Positions 49,138-62,929 of a DNA stretch of 64,000 nt are shown in pieces (position 1 is the stretch's first letter; the number at the start of each line of letters is the position of its first letter). A program made the translations under genes and the position numbers. Source of the DNA: Macrostomum lignano (Eukaryota); assembly GCA_002269645.1 (NCBI GenBank), contig NIVC01003177.1, positions 50,002 through 114,001 of the forward strand, given 5' to 3'. The notes under the pieces were generated by a model, which saw nothing but the letters and a program-made list of their open reading frames with translations, did no database searches and was not told the DNA's origin.

Positions 49138-52100
49138 CTCTACCCGGGAAAAAAAAACATGCTAAACTTTCCAAGTCAACCATGTACTTGGATGACATTG
49201 TTGACTTACCAAGTTTGCAAAGTATCATTGTCATGTACTTAAAAAGTATGCAATGTTTTTACCCAACTTCAATCGACTTTCCAAGTTTGCAAAGTACACT
49301 TCCGATGTCTATATCCAAGTACTTAGAAAGTATCCAAAGTAGAGCCTACTTGGTTCGACTTTCCAAGTTTGCAAAGTACACTTCCGATGTCTACATCCAA
49401 GTACTTAGAAAGTATCCAAAGTAGAGCCTACTTGGTTCGACTTTCCAAGTTTGCAAAGTACACTTCCGATGTCTACATCCAAGTACTTAGAAAGTATCCA
49501 AAGTAGAGCCTACTTGGTTCGACTTTCCAAGTTTGCAAAGTACACTTCCGATGTCTACATCCAAGTACTTAGAAAGTATCCAAAGTAGAGCCTACTTGGT
49601 TCGACTTTCCAAGTTTGCAAAGTACACTTCCGATGTCTACATCCAAGTACTTAGAAAGTATCCAAAGTAGAGCCTTCTTGGTTCGACTTTCCAAGTTTGC
49701 AAAGTACACTTCCGATGTCTACATCCAAGTACTTAGAAAGTATCCAAAGTAGAGCCTACTTGGTTCGACTTTCCAAGTTTGCAAAGTACACTTCCGATGT
49801 CTACATCCAAGTACTTGGAAAGTATCCAAAGTAGAGCCTACTTGGTTCGACTTTCCAAGTTTGCAAAGTACACTTCTGATGTCTACATCCAAGTACTTAG
49901 AAAGTATCCAAAGTAGAGCCTACTTGGTTCGACTTTCCAAGTTTGCAAAGTACACTTCCGATGTCTACATCCAAGTACTTAGAAAGTATCCAAAGTATAG
50001 AGCCTACTTGGTTGACTTTCCAAGTTTGCAAAATCCGTACATACACATTTTTTACCAGCAGGATAACAGCTTTTATTTAGCTGACATCGCTCCCGCTCAC
50101 AAAAAATGATTATTTGGCTATTCCTCGGAATTTTTGTATTCCTGAATACAGCTGAATACAGCTACAGCAATACATCCCGAAGCTATAGGTGTCTGTATTT
50201 TTCTTTGGGAAGATTTATGAGCTTGGCTAGCTGCATCATCAAAGCTAGTTTTCCGTAAAAGGCAAACATTCTTTTGGATTGCATAATTTACATGAAAAGA
50301 CTCTATAAATACATTTACACAATTGCACATTGCAAGACTTTAATTCTTTTACTAATCTATTATGATAAAAATTTTAGGAAGTTTTGCTAAAATATCAGTA
50401 TTTACTGATTCTTGAGTGTTTGTTTCATTAACAAATGAAATAAATATTACGTCTTATATTGTTTGGGGCAAATGATTATTATCTAATTTGTTTAAACTGT
50501 CAAAATTTGAAACGAAAATTCTAATTTTCGCTTTCGCATAGGTTTGTGTAAAAAATTCTTTTATTTGTCCTTTTATCTTTCTTTTCAAACTTAGGCTTTA
50601 GTTAGATAGGCCTTTTAGCAATTATTTGTTGCCGATTTTATTTCATATAGTAGTTGATATACCTTGTCGCTCAACAATTGGCTGACTATAGTTATTGTAA
50701 TTGACATTTTATATGGCCCAGTAGGCCAGCCTACCCACTATGCCCTATAGGCATAGGCCTGCCTTCTTGGCTTCTTTAACTAGATCTAGAAGTTTTTTTA
50801 GAAGGCTAATATTATAGTCATATGGGCTTAGTATATTACTGATACTGACTCAGAATATAAATATAGATAAAATTTTAAAACTGACTTTTGTGAGTTGTGA
50901 CTTAAGAATTATTGTCTTGATCTGCATAATGGTTAGTATATATATAGGAAAAATCATCTGGCCTCCCTTATCTAACCTTGACCTTGTTTACAGTTTTGCC
51001 TTTTAGCTTCTGTTTTTAATCTTCAGTTTCAGATTTAATGTCATTGTAAAAAGTGCAAGAAATGCTTAGAGTAAAAAATACTTTGTTTTTTTTTTTACTT
51101 TTAGACAGCTGGACTAGAGTTATCCAGGCTATGTTATTAATTTTGATTGCAAATTTTTGACTTTTATTATTGATAATAGATTAGTAGTAATAATATTGTT
51201 TTATTAAGTCTTAGGATATCTGTTGATTAGGCCCAATTATAATTATAATCATTCTAATAAATTGTCTTTAGCTTATTAGAAATATAATATAAGCCTAGTT
51301 AGTTTTTAATTATAAGCCTGGAAGTATTTAGACTTAAAATTTTATTTTTAGTTTATAGAATATTTTTATTTTTTAGTATATTTGATGATTTAGATTTTAA
51401 GATCAGAAAATTAAGCAATTTATAATAAAAAATATTTAAGTATATTTATAAACTATGTTATATTATTGGTCTATTAAGGACAAGGCCTAAATTAAATTTT
51501 TATTTAAAAGCAAAGTAATAGGGGCCTATTTTTGTTTGGAATATATTTAGATTTCAATACTTTCTATATTTTATAATCTCTATAAAAATATTTAAAGACT
51601 TATTTATTACATTCAAAAAAGACTGCTATTAGTCTCAAAATAGTAATTATATTATAAAGTGCATTTACTTAGCATTTCTTTAGATTCAGAACTATTACCT
51701 GGGTAAAATTTACATGGTTTAATTTTTTGTGAAATATAATTATTCATATTCACTTAAATTTCCATTTCAGCTACCATCTACAAATGTCATCATCAACATT
51801 TAAAAAACCTGCTAAAAACAATGAAGATTTGTTAGCTATATAATTGTCCATTTTTTATGCTGCTTTTTCTTTGTCTTGCATTTTTTCTGCCTGTGATCAT
51901 CTGAATAATTTGTTAAGTTGCAACTTTTATGTGCATCAATACTTTGAATACAATATAACAGTACACTTTACAATTATTTTGAAGCTTCCTATTGCTTGTT
52001 GAATTTTTTCTTTAACAAGTGAAATTCTGAATGATGGAATTATTTTTTGTTCTTTGTAACTTTTGCAAGTCCATGGTATGAGTATCAACATTTTGCCAAG

Positions 52101-52814
52101 TGCTCTATAGATAAATTATATATTTAATAGGTTCACACTTGGAACCATATACTTTCTCGTAAATAAGTCACCTTAATCACTTTGAAATGTGATAAGTATT
52201 TATAGCTCTTGTGAACATTGCATACTTGGAAGGTACCTGAAAAGTGACTTAAGAAAACATTGCATACTTGGAAAGTACTTGAGAAGTGACTTGAGAAAAC
52301 ATTGCATACTTGGAAAGTACTAGAGAAGTGACTTAAGAAAACATTGCATACTTGGAAAGTACTTGAGAAGTGACTTAAGAAAACATTGCATACTTGGAAA
52401 GTACTTGAGAAGTGACTGGAGAAAACATTGCATACTTGGAAAGTACTTGAGAAGTGACTGGAGAAAACATTGCATACTTGGAAAGTACTTGAGAAGTGAT
52501 TGGAGAAAACATTGCATACTTGGAAAGTACTTGAGAAGTGACTGGAGAAAACATTACATACTTGGAAAGTACTTGAGAAGTGACTGGAGAAAACATTGCA
52601 TACTTGGAAAGTACTTGAGAAGTGACTGGAGAAAACATTGCATACTTGGAAAGTACTTGAGAAGTGACTGGAGAAAACATTGCATACTTGGAAAGTACTT
52701 ATTGAGTGTACTTAGAAAACTTAGAAAGTACTTAGGCGGTACTTGCCACGAGGTTGCATTGTTGACTTACCAAGTACTTAGCAAGTTTGGTTTGTTTTTT
52801 TTTCTCGGGTAGTG
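49138..52814. mobile_element. CACTA/EnSpm-type non-autonomous element (~3.7 kb) with large subterminal arrays
   Basis: Termini CTCTACCCGGGAAAAAAAA and (reverse complement) CACTACCCGAGAAAAAAAA, with TT on both flanks. Left 82-bp array x~9 (49273-50030) and right ~42-bp array x~12 (52215-52700) share the CTTTCCAAGT motif in opposite orientations. No intact transposase ORF. Confidence 0.8.
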
Positions 52815-55800
52815 TTCTTGTCTCGCTGGGCTCGTGTGTGCTGTTGGTGGTTTGTCCGCCGCGTTGTGCCTATCCGCCATACTTAGTACTTACTACCAAT
52901 AATTTAACAGCAACAGTAAACTCCTGTCTTCAAAATAAATAATATAATACGGTTAAATACAATCAGTCGAAGTTAAAATTCTAAACTTTCTTGCTACGTA
53001 GACTCATTTATTGATAAGTGCATAGCCGTCAGCACCGAACAAGAAGGGTCGCGTCACACAGTCTTCAAACGAAGTTTAACGGCTAACGAAACGAAGTATT
53101 TAAATAAGGAACTATAAAACAAGTACTGTATGAACTTGATGGAGAGCAATTCATCCTGTAGGGTCGTTCGCAAATTCTAGAAGGAGCAAAAATTTTAACA
53201 ATTTTCCGAACATTTACTATTGTTACTGCCATATTCAAAATAATAGGACACTTTTATCTGTGAATAAAGATAATTTTTGGGTTGAACTTTATCATGCAAA
53301 AGTGTTTTTAATCATCTGGCGGTATTAAGCGATAATTAGCGATGAAAAAATTCAAATTCAATCATTTCACCGATGTTAATTTTTGATACTACAAGATGTC
53401 TGTAGCTAAAACAAGTTGTTGTTGTGTTGAAACCTTGCTATATTACATTTAAAATGAAAGCTTATATAAATTTAATTTAAGAATTTTTTAAAGCTCAATA
53501 AACTGCACTATAAAAGATTTTATAGACGCTTAACTGGACGCCTAGCATTTCCGGTGGGATAGCCTCTTTGCGTCTCACAAAATGTATTTTTCAGCTGACG
53601 TCTAGAATGTGCGCTTAAAATGATACATTTTGATGCAGATAATTAGAAAAACATGTCTTATTATCTTTTTGTAAAAAATTGTTATGAAATAGAGCACTAT
53701 TATTGATAAAAATAATTAAAAGCAACCATGCATCGCAATTAACTCCTACTTTGAAGCACAAAATAAATATCCTGTAACCACACTAGCATTCTCCATGGAG
53801 CACCTTTTGAGCTGAAATTTTACACAGATATCCAGTAAAGTAAACTGAGCAAATGATTTTTTTTGTTTTTTGAAAATACTTCAATTTGGCTATGTATCAG
53901 TTAGTTCATTGGACATATTTATTATATTTTTATTAAAATCCTTGTAACCAAGCTACAGAGAAACATGTGCAAAACTGGACCTTGAAATTTGACCTGAATG
54001 ATCAGCAAATGTGTATCTCGAAATGATTTTTTTTGTTTTCATCAAGTCATTCTATGCTAATTTTTTCTGAAGGAAAAGATACCATATATTTAGAGTCAAT
54101 AGGGGAAGCATTTAAACTTATTCAATAGTCATTAAAATTGCAACTATATTATTATAATATAGTAATACTATTATACCTGTATTATATAGTAATATTAACT
54201 TCTAAGATGCCCTTATAAATTTAAGTAAAGACAACAGGCCTTAATTAATTAATCAGCATTTTGAAGAAACTGACCTTATACAGATGGGCCCCAAGCTAAG
54301 AAATGAATGTAGAGCTTATTTCGTGTAAGGTATAAAAATCACTTTATTATAATAATAAATACTCCTAATAAATTGGTTAAATTAGTTATTTACCTTGAAT
54401 TAATTTAATTTAATAATTAAATATATAAATTTGTTTCACTTCTTACTGCATTTAAATAGAGTACCTCTCTACTATACTATAGAAGTATAGTAAAAGTATG
54501 GTAAAAAAGTATAGTAAAAAATTTTCTTTAGTTTAATCCCAGCTTGCCTCAGTTTTTTAGTCTTAATACGAGCTAGATAGTAAGTGTTGATTAATTTGCT
54601 CCATCACCTTTTGCCACGGAAACAGCACATGTCGGACATGCAACACTCTTCCTGATCCCTGGATCCAAGATGACTGCTTCTGCTTCTTCAATGCTTGAAA
54701 ACTGAGCTCATGGAGCTTTAGGTTATGCTGTCAGAGTGCTGCTGCCGGTGCTGTGTGTGTATGTGTGTGTCTTCTGTGGGTAGGTTCCCTGTCCCTCAGT
54801 TTAGCCACTGTTGTGGGCTAACTGGAGGAATTGCCGTTGTCGGTGCTGCAGGTGGCACTGCATGGTAGTATTGACGCTGTCAGTGACGCTGGCAAAGGCT
54901 TGGACGAAGCTAGGTGCCGTCATTGTCAGAAGGACATGCGTGTGCTGCTTAGACCAGTGCGCACATTCGACTGGACTCGTATCTGGTGCAGTCTGGTGTA
55001 TTCACTGAGATTGTGTGGATCTGCCTCCTCGCATCACCTCAACCAGGCTCAATTTCTTTTGTAGAATTTTCGTGCGCTGCTTAACTGCATCTTGTGCCTG
55101 CTGAGTGATGCCAAGAATTGTGCCACACAATAATTTGGCCCATAAACTACTCGTATATTATACATATGTATGCACAGCACACACACACGCTGTTCATTCA
55201 TATTAAATGTACTAGTTAATGGAATTCTCATCTCATGAGCTCTAGTCTATGGACAAACCTGAAATTACTAGAATATCTAGATAGATCTAAACTTCTTTGA
55301 GCAGCGCGCTGCGCTGCGATCAAAATACATGTAGATTCTTTAGCGCAACTAATTAATAGTGTAGTACAGTCTACAGCCTGAAGTAGCCTGTGTAAGATGC
55401 GGAGGGATGATTTTTGCATAGGAAGCCACTACGGTAAGGTTGATGGAACTATGGGGAGGTGAGAGATTCAAAGCGAGGGACGGAAGCCATGCATAGTTCG
55501 ATCATAAGTTTAATTTTTGCATGAGTCTGGGGATGCATTAACGAGAGGCGGACGAGAGCATAGAAATAAAGCGGGCTAAAAATATTAATACACAAAATTA
55601 CATGTGCTAGCTAGTAATTTCAGAATGGTCAGCGACTCCTCCGATTTGTATCCGCGACCGCGTGCCCACAAATCCCCCGGCAGACCCTGTCGCAGTTGGT
55701 GGTTGTGCACAGAATACAATGTTAACTTTCGAGCTTCTCTGCAAAAAATGCGTGATGCACTCAATATGCGTGCTATAGTCTACTTCTTTGATTAGATGGC

Positions 55801-57194
55801 TGGGTTTTGCCTTTTCACTTGTGATCATCAAAAGCTTGGGCGTCATTGCTACTGGTGTTTCAGTGTGCGCATTATGTCTGGTTATCATATTATGTGCATG
55901 TGCAGTGTCTTTTACCTACATTTTTGTTTGTCTCTGTTTCCTGCATGCTCTTTCGCATTTTTACACCTCGCACATCCTCATTTTTCTCAATTAACAAGTG
56001 AAATCTTTTCTTAAAGACTAATTGCTATTTTAGTTAAGCTAGTAGGTTTTTGGTAATTAAATAATTCAATTTTGTCTATTTTCCAAAAAGTTTCAAAAAA
56101 TGAATTAATTAAAATAAATTTGAATTATTTTAAGTTAATTGGAGTAAAATGTCTAATAAGTAACTATAATTTTTTATTTTAAGTACATGTAGCTTTGGTA
56201 TAAGTATTAATGTAATAAGTACTTAAAGTAAAATCAAGCAAGTTATAGTTTTCAGAAATTATGCTACAAATAATCAAATATATACTAGTATCCGAATTCC
56301 TTTATTAAGGAACATGCAGTCGATATTAAATCCACAATGTGCTTTTTGGTGTTCAAGGATAGTTCCCTGACTTTTTCTATTATTAGTTAGATTTTATTAT
56401 ATTTAATGTAAAAAATGAAAACAATTCTATTAACCATAAAAATGAACATTCTTTATTTGTCGAATCATCTTAACTTTGAAAAGATACATAGTGAAAACTT
56501 GATTTTTAATTCAACCTTTCAAGACTTATTTAGACTTCTTAATTCAGTGATTAGTTAAACTGATCGAAGTCCTTTCGAGTGCATGCTATAATAATTTCGC
56601 ACTTTTTCGCACACGATAATTTTAAATGTCTGGGATTTAGAGCAGAGTAACAAAATGCTGTGCTCAAAAACATTTCCTTTGTCAATTTCTTGTTCTTTTA
56701 TTTTTGCAAAAGAAATTTAACTGCATATTTAAAATAAAAATAGAAGAAAATTTTATTTTCTCTTTAATATTTTTGTCGTTTATTTTCCGCAACAAAGAAT
56801 AACAAATAGCCTTGATTTCTTGTCAATTTCAAGTTTTCTTGTGGTTTTAGTAGCAGCTTCTTACAGAAATTGTCGAAAGAATTTTTTTTGTACGATTATT
56901 GGTCGATGTATAAACTTTTTTTGCAATAACAAAAAGTTGTGACCTAGCTTTGAGAACGACCCTGTACGTGACGTTCCAGTAGGTTCTTGTGAATTTGAAT
57001 CTGCCACAAACTTTCCGCGAAGCGCATCCCGATTTAAGCAAAAACCTAACAGGAAATTGCATAAAGATCTTTCAATAGGGTGCCTGCGTACTATCTGAAG
57101 AGATTATTTACTACACAGTTTCTGTATTGCTCCGTTAATAGCTTATTTGATTTAAAGTTCTGGAAATAGCGTGCCTGCAATTAGTCTCTATCAG

Positions 57195-57894
57195 GGGCCG
57201 ATTTCATAAAAAAACTACAAGTGACAAGTGACAAGTCGGCAAATGACAAGTGACAAGTGTCAAGCGTCAACGATTTTGGTTTCATAAACATCACGCGTTA
57301 CTAGTGTTAAAAATAACTCACTTGTGTGTCTATGGTTGAACCACCTTATAAAATCGATTGAGCCTTTTGACAACAGACCAAAATCTTAGTAGGAGTTATG
57401 TCTTGCTTTGCTTTGACGGATTTGCTCAAAAGACGGCCTCTGTGTTCTTCTCGGTCTGTAATACTTTATTTACTGCAATGAAAGACAAAGAGGAAGCGAA
57501 GCTGAGCAAGTAAAGGTGTCTTCTTAAGTTAAAACTCTTTGCGCAGGTCCTAGAGCCACTAGGAGCTCTAATTCTTCGTCTTCGCTATCGGACATGAAAA
57601 GATAAAACATAAAAAAACGATTTGATAAAAGCTACAAGTGTCACAGCGACTTGTCAAAAACACATGACAAGAGGAAGTATTTTTCCACAGAAGCTATCAT
57701 CCAGCTTAGTGCATGTCTATGGACGAAAATCCCGAAGAAACGCTTAATTGTAATTTGTCAAATTTCGCTTGTCACTTGTCACTTGTAACTTGTCGATTTG
57801 TCAAGTTGTAGTTGTTTTTATGAAACGCATTATTTTTTGGAATTGTCACTTGTCACTTGTAATTTGTCCGACAAGTGCTTTATGAAATAGGCCC
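57195..57894. mobile_element. PIF/Harbinger-type MITE (700 bp)
   Basis: TIRs GGGCC(G/T)ATTTCATAAA, 3-bp TSD CAG (57192-57194, 57895-57897), inverted subterminal ACAAGTG repeats. Confidence 0.85.
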
Positions 57895-58809
57895 CAGGTA
57901 CATTTCTTCTTTATTCAAGCCAGAATTCTTTTCCTATTAACTAAAAATAGCTGTTTCAATCACGGGAGTCGCATAATTAAAAATTGATAGTTTATCCCGT
58001 ATTTAACTCGAATTTAAAGAATATCAGCAGAAAAGAATTTTATCTACAGAAGTACACTGTTGTAAATACAGCAAAGAGAGATACACGCATGTATACGCCT
58101 CTTTCTGGCTAAACTAAGTTTTAACTCAAAGCACGCACGCTATAGCTGTGTCATATGTATGGGATCAAAGAGGTTTTTGTAAATTAATTATTTTTAAAAT
58201 CGGTCAGCTCACGTAAAATTTTAATTATAATTTTTACCGAATTCTAAAAAAATCCAGAAACAAAAGAGAAGAGAGCTGGAGAGCTAGGGAAGAGCTACAT
58301 GTAGGAGAGGAGAGAAGAGAGAGGAGAAGAGAGGAGAGATCGACTTAGCAGAGACACAACATTGAGCGGGCCGCCGATCATGCTACTGTGAGCTGTTTCA
58401 AAGGACCCGAGAGGGCTGGATATAGAGAGGCGATCGCAGGCCGCATGTGGCTCACGAGCCAGAGTTTGCCGACCCAGCTGCATACAGTACGCGGGATCGG
58501 CATGGTCCAAGTGCAAGTGAAGCTCTCATTTCAATGCAAGAAAATTCTCTGTCAAAGAGAAAGTTACTACTGCGATTTAACTATCTCATTTGATTGTATT
58601 CCGACAGCTAACGGAAGCAAGTAAGTATAAATCTATTCATACTACTGCATTCACATGGATTTATTAGCAGCGAATTACGTTGATTAATCCTAGAATTGAA
58701 TTAGCTGATTTCACTTCTCTAAATATATCTCTCCCTTGCCAAAATTAAAAAAGCTTAAAGGATGTTGCCTACTGCAGCTACATGCCTGTGATTAGCTTCA
58801 ACAGCAAGG

Positions 58810-61736
58810 AACTTTATATTAACCTGACTGTAGCTTCATTCAATGCTCGCACTCTCTCTGCCGACTGGAGACTGCGCGAGCTGACCAAAGCTGCCTCTGA
58901 CCTCTCCATCTCTATTCTTTCAATCCAAGAGCATCGCCGCAGGCTTCCTGAAGACCTCGAGGCCAGTCTGTACAATGGTGGAGGTTCACAGCCTCACCTG
59001 CCTCTGTCCAAGGCGTGGGGGGCATTGGCTTCGTGCTCTTCCCAGAAGCCTCCCGGTCGCTCGATCCTCTCGATCAACTGTTTATCTGAGCGCATCGGTC
59101 ATGTCTCCTTTGCTCTGAAGGACAGGCACCTCAATGTCATCTGTGTGCACGCGCCAACTGCACCAAACACAGCTTCAGACCCATCTACAACTGAGAGCTT
59201 CTACGACCAACTGAACGCCCTTCTTGACCAGCTGGCCTCCCGGGACCTCATCGTTGTCACCGGCGACTTCAATGCTCCCCTCCCAGTTGACGGCCGACTG
59301 GTGAAAAATCGTTGCGGCTCAGCTAATGCCAACAAAAGTTTCCTCTGTGACTTCATTCATTCTCGCGACCTGATGGCGGCGAATGGCTGCCTTCGCCAAC
59401 GCCTCAGTGTTCTACCAAATTTCCATGGCCCAAACGGTCGCGCAACACCCGCCTCGACTGGATTCTCTGCCCAATGTCACAGAGAGCTCGTCTGCGGGCC
59501 ATTCGTAACATCACCCTGAAATGCATCCCACCTGACCACACTCTCCTGTGCTGCAGACTGGACCTTCGCTGGCACCGCTTCAGGAGGCCGACCAGTCCCC
59601 TGCCCTACTGGGGTGCACTCAACAACTCTGAAATCAGATCGCACTTCCTGCGACAAATCAAAGACTCGGGGTTCCGCCTTGACAGCAGCTATGACAGCTT
59701 TTCCGCCTCTGCGGCAGCAGTGCTCCCCCAGGAGGCAACCGCGGCAATCGGGTGCACACTAGGACTCTCACCCGATGTCATCAGAGCCCGGCAAGACATG
59801 CAAGCCGCAGTTGACCGACATGGCACTGCCAGCATTGCTGCCTCCACCGCGGCTGAGGCACTGCAAGCTGCCCACATCCAAGCTTCTGAGCTGTCTACCC
59901 AAGAAGCTGTGACGGAGATCAAGGCTGCCACTGACAACTGCCGTCATGCTGCGGCCTGGCGCACCATCAACCGCCTCACAGGGCGGCGAGCCGCGCCGAA
60001 TGCTATCATCAACGCTGACTCCATCGAGCACCGCCTACAACTGATTGCGGGCCACTTCCATTTTGTGCTCAATGCCCCAGATCCCAGCGCTACTCTTCGC
60101 CCGCTCGCTGACTCTCCACCTGCCTGCCCATCCGACTTCAATTAATATTGCGCTCCGATCTCCATGGATAAAGTCTCCAAGGCCCTAAGAACCATGCGGG
60201 CTGATGCAGCAGCGGGAATCGATGACATCCCACCGCGTGTCCTGAAGACGCCTGAGCTGCTGCTTGTCATCACCGGAATTCTCAACTGCTCCTGCTGCAT
60301 GGGTGGGGACTCAACTGCTAGTGCCTCAGAGCGATGGAGAACTTCTAAGATCGTGGCCATCCCAAAGAAGAGCAACTCTATAGCGGCCTCGACAACCTGC
60401 GTGGCATAGCTCTAGAGTGCACTCTGGCCAAAGTCCTCAACACCATCCTTCGAAGTCGCATTCAACCATCGTCAACCAGAGGCTTCTCAACATCTAGAGT
60501 GGCTTTCGACCTGGACGGTCAACAGCAGAACAATTCGCTGCGATCTGGTGCATCATTGACACCTGCGAGACTCGCCAAAAGGCGGTGTCAATTGTTTTTG
60601 TAGATTTCTGCAAAGCTTTTGACTCGTCAGCCGGGCGGCCATTGCCTGGCTCCTCCAGCAGCATGGAGTTCCTCAGCTGCTGGTTCAGGCGATCATGGAC
60701 CTCTACAGCTCGTCCAAGGCTTTTGTCCAGACTGAACATGGCCCTACATCTGAATTTGCCACCACCTCCGGGGTCCTGCAAGGTGACACCCTATCACCGC
60801 TTCTATTCGTTATCCTGATCGACTACGCCATGCGGCTGGCTCTGGCGCGACGAAGACGGCTATGAAGTGGTGCCTCGCCGCAGCTCCCACTTTCCCTGTG
60901 TCAAGCTGACCTGTCTCGCCTACGCCGACGACTTGGCGCTGACCTGCTGCAGCCCCGAAGCTGCGCAGAGGGTGGTGAGTCGGCTGGCTGACGAGGGGAA
61001 GCGCGTGGGGCTCCACATCAACCACGGCAAGACAGAGGTGCTGCATGTTGGCATTGCCAACTCTCCACCGCTGCTTCTACCGGACGGCAACACCATCGCC
61101 CCGTGCAACCAGTTCAAGTATCTGGGCGCCCTGGTCCCTGACCCGGATGCCATTGTCAACAACCGCAAGCAGCTGGCGTGGAGGGCCTCCCACCTTCTCC
61201 GCTCCATCTTCAACTGCCGGCTCGCCACCGACAGCCTGAAGGTCGCCCTCTTCCGCTCGGCAGTTGAGGCGGTGCTGACCTACGAGCTGGAAGCTGTTCC
61301 CATGACTGCCACTCATGAGGCGAGCTTGGAGGCCTGCCATCGTCATCTCCTGCGCGATGCCCTGGGCATCCGGTTCCCCGAGCGCGTGAGCAACGCTGAG
61401 CTGACGGCCCGGACCCGCATTCTGCCCCTGGGTCGCACTTTGGGTCGCACTTTGCAGAGGCGACGCCAGATGTTGATCGGCCACTGCCTGTGGGCCCTCA
61501 CACAGGGCACCGGGCCCCCGCTCGCTGACCTGCTGCTCAGCCCGCCTTGTGGGAGACTCCGCCGGGGCCAGGCGCGCTGCACCACTCTGACTGACACCTT
61601 TCTCACTGACTTGCAGGCTCTGGGCCTGACCCCTCAGTCTGCAGCCAGGCTGGACTCAGCTGTTTTCCACCAACGGGTACTTCGCTGGCCCCTGCGCCAG
61701 CGTCTGTTTAATAATAATAATAATAATAACAATAAC
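58810..61736 (+). mobile_element. Decayed non-LTR retrotransposon, RTE/RTEX-like (APE endonuclease + RT)
   Basis: ASFNARTL, IQEHR, VHAPT, GDFNA, PDH (APE); FVDFCKAFDS, LAYADDL, GLHINHGKTEV, FKYLG (RT); C-terminal RRRQMLIGH; (AAT)n tail at 61710-61736. Several frameshifts and stops. Confidence 0.92.
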
Positions 61737-62568
61737 AGCAAGGAAATTCAGCATTTCACGGATCACTACTGTACCTACTGATACGAGTAATATGGGATTC
61801 GCATCTGCTACGCTCGTATCAGCCTTACAGATCTAGAGAACTTTAACGAGATTAAAGATTCGAATTAAAATATCAAGGTCATCCTAGTTGACTAATTGAT
61901 CACGTGCTAAGAGTTAGTTGCTGCATAGGTCCAGTGGGTTGTGAGTTTTGGGTTTTGCTTCTATTTTTCTGCCGAAACTGCCACTGCCAAGCATGAAGCA
62001 CGTGATACGTTTAATATAATGATCGAGCTAATTTGTAGCAACTTCAACAGGCATTTGGTATTTTCGGTGCATAGAAAAAAATAGTTTGTTTTCGATCGAA
62101 CACAAACGGAAATCAACGATTAATGATGGAAGTTGGTTGCAGAAGCTAAATAGCGCGGTCGAGTTGCAATAATTAACCCTAATTGTTCTTTCACATATGA
62201 AGCTATTATAGTCAGGAAATTGATTAGCCCGAATTTTGTTGCTTTTTATCCCGACAGAAAATTAAACACTGCACGAAAGCGCAAAAAAATTAGACCCGTT
62301 TTAATGACGCAGAAAATATTTTTTGTTTCACAAATTGCCCTGTTTACACGCGAAACAACGCAGATGTCATAAATTTTGAGCGGCCTCTGCAACGGGTGTA
62401 TAAATATAGGAATGGAAACTGTCAGGCCGGAGCCAAGCGATCCTGTTCGTTAAACATAGGCCTTTACCTTTTGAACGAATTTCGGCAGTCAAGTAAGTTC
62501 AATATCGATATTTCTCATGTCAAGATTTGCATTAGGTAGCTTCGACCATAGACCAATTTAAGGTGGCT

Positions 62569-62929
62569 GGAGGCAGGGGTTGTGTGCGGCCTGGCGCACT
62601 TTAAGCGACATTGTCAAACAACCGGCGAGAGGCATCACTGCCCATTCCGCCGACTCCCCTGAGCAGGCACACAAGCGCGCGGATACGTACGCAGTCATAC
62701 GCAGAGGCACGCACTCACACAGGAGTGTACAGCGGCCCTAACTTTATTTATCGTTAGGCATGTACACTTCACTGTGCCTTGGGGGTTGGTTCTCAAGGCC
62801 GTTATTTGCACGAGCAGAGCCAAGCCGAGATTCCAATTTTGCCCCAAATGAATGTGACTGCACTTGGAATCGAGCCTGGGCCGCTGAGACATAAGAGCTC
62901 CAAGAGCGCCAAGTAGACCACTAGGCCCC
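62569..62929 (-). mobile_element. tRNA-derived SINE, near full length
   Basis: Reverse complement reads GGGGCCTAGTGG...GGCTCGATTCCAAGTGCAGTCACATT...body...CCCCTGCCTCC. Confidence 0.9.

Noticed and set aside
45195-52700. CRISPR-like arrays (94-, 82- and 42-bp periodicities)
   Set aside because: Head-to-tail repeats with no unique spacers, no cas genes, and a eukaryotic context.
52320-52812. Repetitive ORFs (KHCILGKYLRSDW...)
   Set aside because: Translations of the 42-bp subterminal array.
54600-56020. Several 60-90 aa ORFs
   Set aside because: No motifs, no consistent splice model, and overlapping frames of similar length suggest chance ORFs.
58782-58810. ATG at 58782 as the true LINE ORF start
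   Set aside because: The first codons are AT-rich flank-like sequence; recognisable APE homology begins at about VASFNARTL.
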